Shown in pieces: positions 40,155-53,983 of a stretch of 64,000 nucleotides of DNA. Made by a program: the position numbers and the translations under genes. Source of the DNA: Octopus vulgaris. Lineage: Eukaryota. How positions within the stretch are numbered: position 1 is the stretch's first letter; every line of letters starts with the position of its first letter. The DNA is taken from assembly GCA_951406725.2 (NCBI GenBank), contig OX597816.1, forward strand, positions 29,574,001-29,638,000, in the 5' to 3' direction. The notes below the pieces were generated by a model. That model was not told the origin of the DNA, searched no databases, and saw nothing but the letters and a program-made list of their open reading frames with translations.

Positions 40155-40315
40155 TATGTGACAATTATCAATAGTAAAACTGAGTGATGCGAAGTGGAAA
40201 TCAAACACCATCTCTTCGGTTATCTGGCCATCCGAAGAGATGGTGTTGTGGATTTCCACTCGGCATCCAAAACTCAGATTTTATCTTGGTTATTGAATAA
40301 TTGTCACATATTAAT
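40150..40315. repeat. ~165-bp imperfect palindrome (single long hairpin) next to (TA)n
   Basis: Nested arms ATTAATATGTGACAATTAT, AAAACTGAG, GATGC, AGTGGAAATC and AACACCATCTCTTCGG, each with its reverse complement in mirror order around a 12-nt loop. Confidence 0.85.
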
Positions 40316-40383
40316 TTACAGATAATTTCCCTATTTACGTAATATTGAGGTATCTTTCTTCTTTTGTTATCTTACCGTTTTTA

Positions 40384-40442
<59 letters not shown>

Positions 40443-40445
40443 TTT

Positions 40446-40503
40446 AGTCTTGTATCACCTGTGATGTACTCACGCAGTTGCGACCGTACTCATCAGCAAG
40501 ACT
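40446..40503 (-). ncRNA. Hammerhead-like motif lacking the GAA box
   Basis: AGTCTTG-CTGATGA-GTAC..GTAC-ATCAC(AG)GTGAT-A-CAAGACT: stems I, II and III are all present but G12-A14 are absent. Confidence 0.45.
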
Positions 40504-40892
40504 GATTCTGAACATATCATAAATAAACACAACAGCCATCTCTTCGAAGTTATCTGGCCTCTTCGAAGATTTCGTGGAAAAGTTTTTCGTAAAATTATTT
40601 AAAATTAAGGATTTCTTAACACTTTGAAAACCTCATAAGCATCATATTAATTTATATATAGAGGTACGTTTATTTATGATATGTTCAGAATCTTTGCTGA
40701 TCTTGCGTCTATTACAAGAATATTTTTTAAATGTCTTGCTTTGAAAAATATATTTAGTAATTTTTGGTACAGATAATTCCTCTTAGCGTGTGGCTATTTA
40801 CGTAATATTGATGTATTTTCTTTTTCTTTCTTTTTCACGTTATCTACCTGATAAATTCTTGTTTTTCCTTATTAAGAAGTTATCCTTAATTG

Positions 40893-40939
<47 letters not shown>

Positions 40940-40944
<5 letters not shown>

Positions 40945-41612
40945 CTAAAATGCTAAAATTTTATAAAACTCATTTCAGTACCGGTTCCATTTATTGAGAC
41001 TTTTCAACTGTAAGTATGGAAAACAATTAAATTTTCGAAAAATTAAAAGAAAAGTTTTCTAAAAGAATATTTGCATAGTGTTCAAATATAAGGAGCATTT
41101 TCTTTGTTTCCGCCTGTCTCTGTCTCTATTGTTTTACTCTTTTGGGTTCGAGGTGGTTGTGAATTCTTGGCAGAAAAGAAGAAGAAGAAGAAGAAGAAGA
41201 AGAAGAAGAAGAAGAAGAAGAAGAAGAAGAAGAAGAAGAAGAATGCCATGATAGTAGTAGGATGTTAAATGGTCAAGTGTCCTGAATATGACTTGTGGAC
41301 GGTAGTAGTGATTGAATTCTTGAGGAATCTCATTTGAATGTGTATTTTATAATATTTGCGTAGGTGTTATTCTAAACCGCAATAGAAGTAAAGTAATGAA
41401 GGGGGTGGCGGAGAGGAAGAAGTCGAAGAAGAAGAAGGTAAAAGAGAAGAGAGAATTATAATGAACGATGGAATATAGCCATCAACAACTTCTCTTCCTC
41501 GACATCCTCATTAAGAAATCTAACAACGTAATAGAAACAGATATATTCTATAAGCCCACGGACACCAAGCAAAATCTACCGTTCAACTCATGTCACTCCA
41601 GACACACCAGAA

Positions 41613-41657
<45 letters not shown>

Positions 41658-43030
41658 TATATAATGGCAAGCACCAGAGACAAACGACTGCATGAACTGG
41701 ATAAACTCATCACCAGGAACCATCCACCTTCACTAATTGACATATGCTTTCAACGTACCCTAGAACTCAACATCCACGAACTCAGACACCCAAGCTTAAA
41801 GACGGATTTACAACCAAAAGCCCTACCATACATCTCCACACACAGCCCTATACACAATGGAGCCTTCGACACCATCCTCCAAAATGTTCCCCTGCTAAAA
41901 ATGGTCCACAGAATGAACTTAATCCTCCAAACACACATCATCGTAAAAAGCAAGAGACAACCCAAATCTATGAAAAGTTTCCTAACACAAGCCAGAATAC
42001 GTTCAACAACAACACAGAAGACGTCAGTAAAAGAATTAGGAAGACTCAACTGTGGAATATGCGGTAATTTAATTGAATGATCAGACTTTTTCAAACAGGG
42101 ACAACGTTTCAGAATAAAAATCAGCTTCACATATGCTTCGGGGAACTTAATATACGCCCTAACATGCTCTGGGTATCAAGAGCAAAACATAGGTAAAAAA
42201 GAAAACAGTCTACGTCAAAGGATGGCTCTGCACAGATCCCAGATCAAAATTCCGAAAAACAGAAAAATAGCATTCAGCCAACTCATCGACATTTGCGCCA
42301 ATATCAAAAATCCATGCTTTAGAATGTTTCCCCCCCCCACCCCTACCAATTCAGGGACGATACAACCTGTAGTCAACGAAATAGTAAAGAGACACACTTT
42401 ATTACAAATTACAGACACCTTGTTAACGCATCTACCACAAAAGACATATCTACCACGGCCTCTGAATAACACAAGCACCCAAGTCTCAATTACAGCTATA
42501 ATCCACAGCGAGTCACTTTTAGTTCACTTGACAATTTAACATCTATCGTGCCCCCTACATTCCTTTATTCTTCCCTCTTCTCTTTCTCCTTCTTCTTCTT
42601 TGTGTTCTTCCTCTACGCCACCTCCTTCCTTACTTTACTACTCTTACTGTTTAGAATAACACCTACGTAAATATTATAAACAATACATTCAAAAGAGATA
42701 TCTCAAGAAATCAATCACTACTACCATCCACAACAAGTCACTTTCAGGTCACTTGACCATTTAACATCCTACTGCTATCATGGCACTCCCGTATTCTTCT
42801 TCTTCTTCTTCTTCTTCTTCTTCTTCTTCTTCTTCTTCTTCTTCTTCTTCTTCTTTTTCTCCTCCTCCCCTTCTTCCTCCTCTTCCTCTTCTTCTTCTTC
42901 TTATTATTATTCTACTTCTTTGCCAAGAATTCATAACCTCCTCGAACCCACAAGAATAAACAAGAGAGAAAGAGACAGGCAGAAACAAGGAAAATGCCAC
43001 TTGTATTTGAACACTATACAAACATTCTTT
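40940..43030 (+). mobile_element. Older Penelope-like element (RT thumb + GIY-YIG remnant) flanked by diverged inverted 3' UTR arms
   Basis: 'LLFLDILI..IETDIFYKPTDTKQNLPFNSCHSRHT', 'LPYISTHSP', 'CGIC', 'NLIYALTC'. ~41060-41450 is reverse-complementary to ~42570-43030. A degenerate hammerhead-like motif lies at 40976-41010 (minus). Confidence 0.85.
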
Positions 43031-43700
43031 TAATTTAGGAGATTTTCTGTTGGAAAGAGCACTCTAGTAGATCCATCCCACATTTGAATTTTACAAATTT
43101 GGAAAATTTACTGGCTTAAATTCTCCAAAAGAAATGGTTGTGTGAATCGTCAGAATAACAAGATCTCGAATATTCCAGTCAGGGACTTTGGTGATCTGAA
43201 TTTTATTGTTTAACCTAATCTAGAATTCAATTGACGTGTATGTGTGAGGAGTTGCTCCAGCTATATCATTCCACGCTATATAATAACGAATTCTCTCTGT
43301 GGCTTTATTTGAATGGATGAACATGTTTTATTCACTTCGAAATGTTTTAAGTTGGGTCACTTAGGGACTTTGAGCGTACCATTTCCACATTTTGTATCTT
43401 GCTCTGTATATTATATATGTGGATATTCCAAACTCTTCTGGTGTTACAAATTAGATTTCGGGCAAGGACGCCAGAATATATGAATCAGATTGTGGAGAGG
43501 AGATTGGGAATGGACTCTGGGAAGATAAAAATAGCACACTTCAAAACATTGATTCTGAAATAAGTGTAATATGTGTATATATAACGTTGAGGAATACGAT
43601 TGTAATAGAGACACTAGGTTCTTGGCAATTAAGAGTTACATTTATGCCTTTGGGTGAGTTGAAATAATCTTTACATACACAACGTATGCATACACTTATA

Positions 43701-43962
<262 letters not shown>

Positions 43963-45242
43963 TTGTGCGCATGTATATGTAAATATATCCTTATCAAAAT
44001 ACACACAAACGTATAGATATATATTTATGTGTGTATGTATATAGCTATACCTATATATTCTTTTCAAATTAAACTCATATGTAATAGCTCACAGATGTGT
44101 GTGTAAGTATGAAGTATAAGGTATGCTTACGTTATTGTAACGCCTACATAAATTATTTCAGAACATTAAAGAGATTGAGAGACACAGAGAGAAAGAGCAA
44201 GAGGAAGACAGAGATACACTTACACAAAGAAGGAAATGAGGTGAGTAACAGGAAAATTGAGGAGCCTATAAAAATATATTGATCCATATAATATATGAAT
44301 ATAGAATCACTAATTGAAGCAAATCAGGTAGTTTTCTTACATTTCCAATATTAACGTACGTGTTAAAAATATTATTGAATGTTGATTAAATTTATGTGTT
44401 CAATTCAGGATGATATCAATAAAACATCAAACATAAAGATATGTTTCTTTGAAAAAAAGAACGAATTTGCCTATGCATATAATGGTTATGTGACCCTGAA
44501 AAATGTTTATATAATTACTGCGCACATATTTCTTTTCTCACGGTATTCTCTTCATGTGCTAAACAAATATCTATAAACAAAATTAACTATCTTTATGTAA
44601 TGTTAAGTACACAATTATAGGAGTAAGTCTGTGTGACTGTTCCTGTTTGTATGTGTGTGCGTGTGTGTGTTTGTGTACCTGTGTGTGTTAAAAATGAAGA
44701 GAGGAGAGTCGATAGTAAGAAATAAAGAAATGTGATGAGAGCATGAACATTAACGCGAGCATGGAATTGTTAAATGGAATGTTAAATTTACAGGCCGCAA
44801 TATCTATCATAACTTGTTAATTCATATACATATGAACAAATAAAATGCTTTTATACATTTAAACACAAAATTATATATAAGGTAGTGGATGCCTGATTGA
44901 GGTATCATCGCTAGTTTGTAAAGTTCAAAGTAATTTCACAAAGCAGATAGCTTGCATGAAGAATTCATGAACTATTACATTCTGCCTTTCATTTATCTGA
45001 CTGGAAAGATAAGTTGTAAGGCTGCTGTCGACAGAATTTGAACTGAGAATATGGGTAGTCATAATTTATAACGCAAATCTTTGCTTTCAGTGCTCCAACG
45101 GTTTCTACCAATTCACTACTGAACACTTTAATTATTTATATAGTGGTATAATGAGATGGTTTTAAATATTTCAGTGTTTAAATGCAATAGGACAAAATTA
45201 GCTCCAATATCAAAACGAAAATTGTAAGCTGATAAACTCAAA

Positions 45243-46130
45243 TACAAGGTGTATTCTAAACATTCTCAGACTCTTTCGGGAAGACATTTACTAATTTCAA
45301 AGAAATACAAAACTCACATCACTTTCGAAGTAGGATCTTCTGGCTTCAATACTATTGGTGTAGCACTCCTGCCACTTCGTAAAGGGCCCATAGATGTCAC
45401 CAAAAGTGAAAGCGTCCTTGGCCTGTGTCACGGTTACCTTCATCTTTTCAATGTGTTCAAAACGATTGCTTCTGAGGTTCTCCTAAAGCTTGGGGAACAA
45501 CCAAAATACACAAGGTGCAGGTAATGATTATCGGATGGGTGGGGTCAGATTTGTTGCCATCTCTGTTAAGTAGTTGATTACCATGATAGAGTTACGGACT
45601 GGTTCATGTGTCATTGCCTCGAGTAGAACAGCACTGGCTATTTGCGATGAAATCTTTTGGTGAACCCCCTCAAAACTTTCACAAAGTACTTGTTGCTGAC
45701 TGTCTAAAAAGAAGTAGGTGTAGATGATGCTTTGCAATTAAAAAAGGAGAGCATCATGGTCCTCTCTGTGGATTTAGTTTACCTTGGCTGTATGGGTCTG
45801 TTTCTCCATCTCTGCATTGCAACATTTGATCCAACTTTTGGTACAAGTCACTAGAAACTCAAGAACTTTTGTACTGAAGGTAATGAGATCAACCTGCTAT
45901 TTCTAATGCTCTTTTCCTTCTGTTCGTCTCTGAGTGCCAGGGAAACAAACGTCACACAAATTTTGCACACGTTCATATCTTCAAACATAATACTGTGTAC
46001 AGTTGCCACACCAATTCCAAACTGTGTGCTTATTGTCTTCATAGACACACAAGTGAATTCATCAAGAGATCTGCGAATTTTTAAACCAGTTCTGATGTTT
46101 TAACTTTCCTATACCTTCCACGCTTCTCAT
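45243..46130 (-). pseudogene. Degenerate mariner transposase
   Basis: 'MSMKTISTQFGIGVATVHSIMFEDMNVCKICVTFVSLALRDEQKEK' (HTH and WVP-linker-like). TIR-like TACAAGGTGTATTCTAAACATTCTCAGACT at 45243. Confidence 0.7.
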
Positions 46131-46199
46131 TACTCCTCACCAGTTCTCTTCAGTCATCTTGCAAACAACTTGCACATGCAAGTGCTACCAGTTAAAAGC

Positions 46200-46720
46200 T
46201 CCGTATATCGGAAGCTAGCAAGTGTATGGGGTCATCAGGAGAGAATGCGTGCCGTTTCGGGGCCTACCTCTCGACGGCATCAATGCGCACCGGCCCCCCT
46301 CACTGATATGAGGCCCTGCTTGCTAGATCAGCTGGTTATGATGAACTCAATATACTTCTAGCCATCGCTCATCGTCTCTTTTTAACCAAATCCAGTGGCT
46401 AGCCTTCTCCACTGTAGATTGGATATCAGTCATGGTGGTATTGACTTTACGATGAGTTAGGCCTAAAACTCTTCTGCCAGCGAAAAACAGATACTCAGCT
46501 CACAAGTTAATCCATAAGCGGTTAAAACATTTCATAAGAAATCTGTAGTGTTTTTTCACAGTTTAACACAAAGATTTGTTGTATAGCGTGCTTCCGAATT
46601 CTTTTCTCTACCCAATTGCAAACTGCATCCTAGTCAGTCGTAGCAAGCAGTAATTACTAGCCTATTCTCAAAGCCCTGTTACAGCAGTTTCCTTCAAGTT
46701 GTCTGGTCCGCTTATTAGTA
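46200..46720 (-). mobile_element. HERO-like (restriction-like endonuclease) non-LTR element 3' fragment
   Basis: 'LGLTHRKVNTTMTDIQSTVEKASHWIWLKRDDERW' resembles the AEKASRWLWLKR C-terminus of this group. Confidence 0.55.
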
Positions 46721-47120
46721 TGTATAGTAATGATATAACGATAATCTTGGTCGGTTATAAATATCTCTTTTTAAAAAAAAATCTTCAACCTTCTGGAATG
46801 TCATTTGTATAAGAACGGTAGTATAGAAATGATAAAATAGTGAAATAAAAGAATATATGACATAGTGAAAGGAAGGCAGTAAGACAGAGAGGGAGAGAAA
46901 AGAATGTAAAGAGAGCAGACAGACTGACAGACAGGCAGACAAAAAGATAGACTGACATCCAGGCAAACAGAGAGACAGACTGATATACATACATAAATAC
47001 ATTCATGTACACATACATACATACATACATAAAGACAGACAGATATACATACATACATACATACATACATACAGACAGACAGACAGACAAGCAGGCAGAC
47101 AGACAGATTGATATATATAT

Positions 47121-47293
<173 letters not shown>

Positions 47294-48126
47294 CTGCAAA
47301 TATTGATAATTTGATTCGATGTAATTTGTAAGAGGAAATTGAATTTACATTGTGAAGGTTTGTTCCACATTTTACAAGGATGGCAAATTGTAGAATATAT
47401 CATAGAAGATATATATTCATAATCACAGAAAATATATGAAAAGGTAAAATGGTATAGATATATCTTATGTGTATATTTCTGTGTTTCGCCTGCGCATACG
47501 TAAGCGTATTTGTTTGTATAGAACTAACAGCAGGATTAATGTCCTCTACTGAATGTTGACGGAAATTACAAGTTGGAACATCGATAAAACAGAACGCTGT
47601 TTAGTAAAATGCTGAATTTAGTAGCAAGGATGAGAATTTGTTAATTGTTAGAGACGAAGTTATAAAATGAGAAAGTTAACTTATAGGAAAGAAAATCAAA
47701 TAAAAGTAAAATTAAATGCAATATAATAGTCTTGTAGGCTTGCGTTATTGTGCGAGAATATAATTAGTGTAAAGGGACATGTATCTCATAGGATTTATCC
47801 ATTTGGAAAAGTTGTTAGCCTTCAGAACCATAATAGGTGAAATTGCATGTGTTGACATACAGAAATCAACTGCGAATATTGCCCAAAAGACAATAACGAT
47901 TGAGAAGAAAGAGTTTAAAGAATAACATTCAGAAATACAAACTACGCGTGGTTTGTATTTACAGTTCGTAGAAAACTTGACGTATTCATTCATTCTTATG
48001 GGATCGTTGATTTACGTACATTGTGCATTAGTTTCAATGTAATCGACTAGCGACCCCCTCCAGCAATCTAAGGTTGTGACTATAGCAGAAAGGGTTCTAA
48101 TGATAATAATAATAATAATAATAATA

Positions 48127-48207
<81 letters not shown>

Positions 48208-48209
<2 letters not shown>

Positions 48210-48379
48210 GCATCCTACGCAGAACACTTTCCATACAATAACCATCAGAGCATCACAACAAATCACAGCACATACCTAAGGCACACAGAGCTTCGCTCGG
48301 TAGTGAAGTGAAAGCACGCTATAAAAATAAAACTACTGAATAATAAAACTACTGAATAATAATAATAATAATAATAATA

Positions 48380-48434
<55 letters not shown>

Positions 48435-48720
48435 TATGTTTGACTTTTGCTTTATATTTGTACAAGTTGGCTCCAAGTCTCACCCAGAGACCTCAAGAGA
48501 CAACAGGTTGGAAGTTCATGTTGTTGTTATGCCTAGTGTGCCATATATTTGGTTTTGTATTTAGTGTTGTACTAGTGAATGTCTAAAAAAAAACATACGA
48601 TAATTATGTTTGTTTTAAAACTTGAGATTACATAGAAAGTATTTTGCGTAGGATATGAGCAGTTCCCATGAGCACTATCTTTTGAATTTCTGCCATTTTG
48701 GGGTTTCGTGGTATCTGAGT
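48208..48720. mobile_element. Two tail-to-tail 5'-truncated Dong/R4-type 3' ends embedded in (TAA)n/(TTA)n
   Basis: 48208-48357 plus reads 'ILRRTLSIQ*' + UTR (copy at ~52600-52685 minus). 48434-48720 minus reads 'QIPRNPKMAEIQKIVLMGTAHILRKILSM*'. Confidence 0.75.
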
Positions 48721-48738
48721 TAGGTAGCAATCATATTG

Positions 48739-48837
<99 letters not shown>

Positions 48838-48909
48838 ATGCTATCATTATTTTGGATATTTTTCAACTGAGATTCCAAAATTTCAGGCCTTATACCTGTA
48901 GTAGAAAGA

Positions 48910-48992
<83 letters not shown>

Positions 48993-49009
48993 CATTATTA
49001 TTATTATTA

Positions 49010-49081
<72 letters not shown>

Positions 49082-49422
49082 GGAAGTAAGAGGGCGTGTG
49101 AGAGAGAGATAGAGACAGAGAAAGACAGAAAGAGTGAGAGAGAGAGAGAGGGAGAAGATTGATAGCACTGGGAAGTAAGAGAACTATAACGCGTTAAACG
49201 TAAGAGAACAGAGACAAGGAAACACATAGGAACGAAAGGGGAGGAAGGGGAAAAGAGGAAGACTTAGAGAAATAGAGTGCGTGAAGGAAGGGATGGATAG
49301 AGAATAATACTGAAAACTTTGGAAAACTTTTCGTTTTCGACGATATATAATAAAGCCGATATATGATAATTGCAAAAAGAAATGTTGCTATGTATGTATC
49401 TATCTACCTACCTACATATCTT

Positions 49423-49479
<57 letters not shown>

Positions 49480-50029
49480 ATATATATATATATCTATCTA
49501 TCTATCTTTCTATATGCGCTGTCTGTTTGCCTCTCTCTAACACACTCTCTCCCTCTCTGTCTGCCTCTCTCTCTCTATCTCAGCAAATACAGGTGGATGC
49601 TACTGTACTTTTCCTCAGTTAGACTGATGCATACACCGAAACAAAAGTAGATACACAAATCAAAAGAAAAGTAGATACATAGATACATACACACACTTTT
49701 AAATTAAAAGCGGAAGAGAGGAGGAACACAGACGAAGTGAGAAAGAATGTGAGAGAGACAGTAGATACTTATATCAAAAGAAAAGTTGATACATTGTTAC
49801 TACAGCAAATATTGGATGTCACTTTCACTTATCAGTACCACACGAGGGTAACATTAACTCGCAAGTGGTTGAGTACTCCACAGACGTGCATACCAATAAT
49901 GTAGCTCGCAGGGAGATCCAGCCTCACACAGAATTCGACTCGGCTGGCTCTGTTCAAATACAGTTACAACTCATTTTGGTCAGCTGAGTGGACCGGAGCA
50001 AGATAAACATTCAAGTGGTTGGAAGAAAA

Positions 50030-51211
50030 CGAAAAAGTTCCTATATAGGGGCAGGATAATACCTCTTGCTAACCACATGTTTTCGTAGGATCTCTTACTA
50101 TCTCATTTAATAACTGGACTAACTTTTCGTATTCGGACGGGAGTGATATGAGCCAGAAATTCGGCACCCTATCATTTCTTGGGGATTTCCTCTTATGAGC
50201 CTTCGTGATTGTCATTCTTAGGTCTGCTATTGTGATGTCTTCCCATGCATGTTTTGGCATGTTTTGGCAGGATCCTTTTGTGCGTCTAATCCAGTTTGCA
50301 TTTCCATTGTCTTTTCATCACTCCAGATATTTTTCCAGAAATTTTCCAACGGTTATTTTCTCCTTGCCTATTTCTCTATAGAATGTTTACGCGTTGGATG
50401 TGCACAGCTTATTTTCTTTGTAAAGCTTGTTTCGCTTCCCAATTCTTCGTATTCTTTGAGCGTTTGCTTGGACGTTTTGTCGCAGTGTTTCTTTTGCTGA
50501 AAGCAGTTTTTTGTAGGTGAGAATCTATGATTTCTCTTAATCTATTTTCTTTTTCTGGTTTTTACATCGTTTCCACAGATTAGTTCACTCAATATTGATA
50601 TTTCACCTCTCATTATTTCAATCTCCTTTTTGATTTTACGTTTCCAGTTTGGAATTCTTCTCAGATTTGTATTTTTTTTTTCAGAGGCATACAACTGATC
50701 TGAATTCTGTTAGCAAGTGCGTAAATAATTTTGTTTAATTTAGTAAGGTCTGGTTTATGTTCTCGTATATATTTTTTTTGTTACAAATTGCAAACTTCTT
50801 TTCGTCCAAATATAGTCTGCTGTCATGATTTCATGTTCTCGATATTTGATAAGAGTATGCGCTGAGTTTCTCTTCAGGTACCCACCTAATGCATAGTAAT
50901 AGGCATATATTACTTCTGTATGCTCTTCTCAAGTCCATTTGATCAACTTACGTTTTCCTTTCTGTGGTGGAGGACTTGGAGGGCTCGAGTTGGAGCACTT
51001 CCCGTTAAAGTGACTATCCAGGTTAGTATTCAGAGAAGGGCTTTTGTTAGTAAGCATGCCTTTTTCACCCCAGGTTGACTATCTCCTGGGGGATGCGCTT
51101 CGAGATAAAGCATAGGACAAGGGATTGTGTGTAATTTTTTAGTTTTCCTTTTTGTTTCGCAAGATATATTTGTGCTACATTAAATTCATTAGTATTGAGC
51201 CCCGTGTGGCA
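50030..51211 (-). mobile_element. Dong/R4-type element, 5' half; same family as 492-3770
   Basis: 'HAWEDITIADLRMTITKAHKRKSPRNDRVPNFWL'. The 5' end GCCACACGGGGCTCAATACTAATG follows TAA repeats and matches 492-520. Confidence 0.8.
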
Positions 51212-51232
51212 TTATTATTATCAATCTTATTA

Positions 51233-51753
51233 TCGAGTCAGAGAGCAATGCACGCCATCAAAGTGACTCTGGGGTAAAATATACGAAACACAGTACAATA
51301 TGATTGCCCGTATAATAAAGTTAGACCAAGCACATGCATCACAACAATATGTGCGCGACATGGTGATCTCATCTCAAGATGAATAGCACATGACCTTGCA
51401 GGTTGAGCCCAGTAAGAACTTTTTCTTCAGGTCGAGTAGCCCATCCCACTCAAAGGATCCCTGAATAAGGTTTGTTTAAGGATACTGAAAGAAAACACCC
51501 ATGTTTCCAGAGGTAATTTATCAAAACCCCAACGGATTCCTTTCAACACATGGCTATCTTGCTCGTCTACTACTTCAGGTTGTGATCAGAGATGCACATA
51601 TCGTCAGCCACCAAAGGACATTCTCAAGTGCTTAAGGTCAAACAGCTGGCAAGCAAATCTGTGGTATTGAGCAGCGTATTTGCTGTAGTCCATCTTTTTC
51701 GCCAAGTCATTATCATTATTATCATCATCATCATCATCATCATTATAATAATG

Positions 51754-51842
<89 letters not shown>

Positions 51843-52682
51843 CATTATTATAATTATTATCAACATCATCATCATTATTATTATTATTATCATTATTATT
51901 ATTATCAACAACATCATCATCATTATTATCATTATTATTATCAATTATCATCAACATCATCATCATTATTATTATTATTATTATTATTATCATTATTATT
52001 ATTTATTTATTTGTTTATTTATTGTCTTTGCACAGCTCCTGATACTGAGGATGTGCTGCGGTGCCAACTGTTCTCTACCACTGAACTAAAGAAACACAAC
52101 CTATTCTTCGACGACAATCCGGTTTATTCGTGGGGTTCCATGCAGTGTTGTTTTCTGCAAGTGCTCGACCCTTATTGCAGCCCTTGATTGTGCCATGTAG
52201 ATCTCAAGATTCTTAATCACTGTTTCCAGGGCTGCAACAATAATTGGTACCACTACCACTTTTTTCAGGCACCTCAACTGCTTACCTTCCCAACTAACCT
52301 GTTATATCTATCGACTTTTCTTTCTTCCTTATCGCATTCCTTGTTGTCAGATGGGAATGCTATATCTATGATCTAGCATCGTTTGCTTTTTTTTTTTTCA
52401 ATTATCTCTATGTCTGGTTTCCTATTCTCTATCTCATGGTCGCACTGAATCATAAATTCCCATAGGATATTTTCATTATCATTTTCAATAATGTGTTCGT
52501 TTTTATGCTCGTACCAATTTTTTGCTCTGTGAAGTGAAGATTATTATTATTATTATTATTATTATTGTTGTTGTTGTTGTTGTTATTATAATTATTACTA
52601 TTCAGTAGTTTTATTTTTATAGGGTGCTTTCACTTCACTACCGAGCGCAGCTCTGTGTGCCTTAGGTATGTGCTGTGATTTG

Positions 52683-52757
<75 letters not shown>

Positions 52758-53287
52758 GAGTGAGAGAGCAGTGCATGCCATCAAAGTGACACTGGAGTAA
52801 AATATACGAAACCCAGTACATACATCATGACTACATATCTGTTAAGGGTACACTAGGCACATGCATCACAACAATATGTGCGCGACATGGTAATCTCATA
52901 TCCAGATTAACAACGCATGTTCTGGCAGGTTGAGCGTAGTTAGAATTTTCTTCATGTCGAATAGCCCATCCCGCTCAAATGGTCCCTGAACGAAACACCC
53001 ATGTTTCCAGAGGTAAATTATCCAAGCCCCAACGACTTCCTTTCAGCACATGGCTATGATGCTCCCCCACTACTTCTGCTTGTGATCAAAGATGCACATA
53101 TCGTTGACCACAAAAGGACATGCTCAACTGTTTAAGGTCAAACAACTGACAAGCAAATCTGTGGTATTGAGCAGAAGATTTGCTGTAACCTATATTTTAT
53201 GCCAAGACAAAACAATATACATGATAACACTTCCAATCAATTAAGATGAGAAGCCACGAAAGCCCTGCCTGGTACAACATCAGGGTA

Positions 53288-53333
<46 letters not shown>

Positions 53334-53893
53334 ATTGAGTGAGAGAGCAGTTCATGCCATCAAAGTGACACTGAGGTAAAATATACGAAGCCCAATATAC
53401 CCATCATGACTACCCGTCTGGTAAGGGTACACCAGGCACATGCATCACAACCATATGTGCGCGACATGGTGATCTCATATCAAGATAAACAGCACATGAC
53501 CTTGCAGGTGGAGCGCAGTTAGAATTTTCTTCAGGTTGAGTAGCCCCTCCCGCTCAAACGGTCCCTGAATAAGGGTTGTTTAAGGATGTTGAAAGAACCA
53601 CCCATGTTTTCAGAGGTGAATTATTCAAACCCCAAAGAATCCCTCTCAACACACGGCTATGATGCTCCCCCACTACTACTTCTGCTCGTGATCAGAGATG
53701 CACATATCGTCAGCCACTAAGAGACATGCTCAACTGGTTAAGGTCAAACAACTGACAAGCAAATCTGTGGTATTGAGCAGAATATTTGCCGTAGCCCATC
53801 TTTTATACCAAGACAAAACAATGTACATGATAACACTTCCAATCAGTTAAGATCAGAAGTCATGAGAGCCCCTGCCTGTTACTGCATCAGGGC
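51233..53893. mobile_element. Three same-orientation copies of a non-coding ~555-bp element (51233-51707 partial, 52758-53286, 53337-53893), each bounded by (TTA)n
   Basis: All start GAGTSAGAGAGCA..GCCATCAAAGTGAC; the complete copies end CATCAGGG. Stops in the frames I translated. Confidence 0.85.
52020..52535 (-). pseudogene. Dong/R4-type restriction-like endonuclease 3' fragment
   Basis: 'AKNWYEHK..IIENDNENILWEFMIQCDHEIE.RKPDI', 'IDIAFPSD', 'LQKTTLHGT'. Confidence 0.75.
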
Positions 53894-53983
<90 letters not shown>

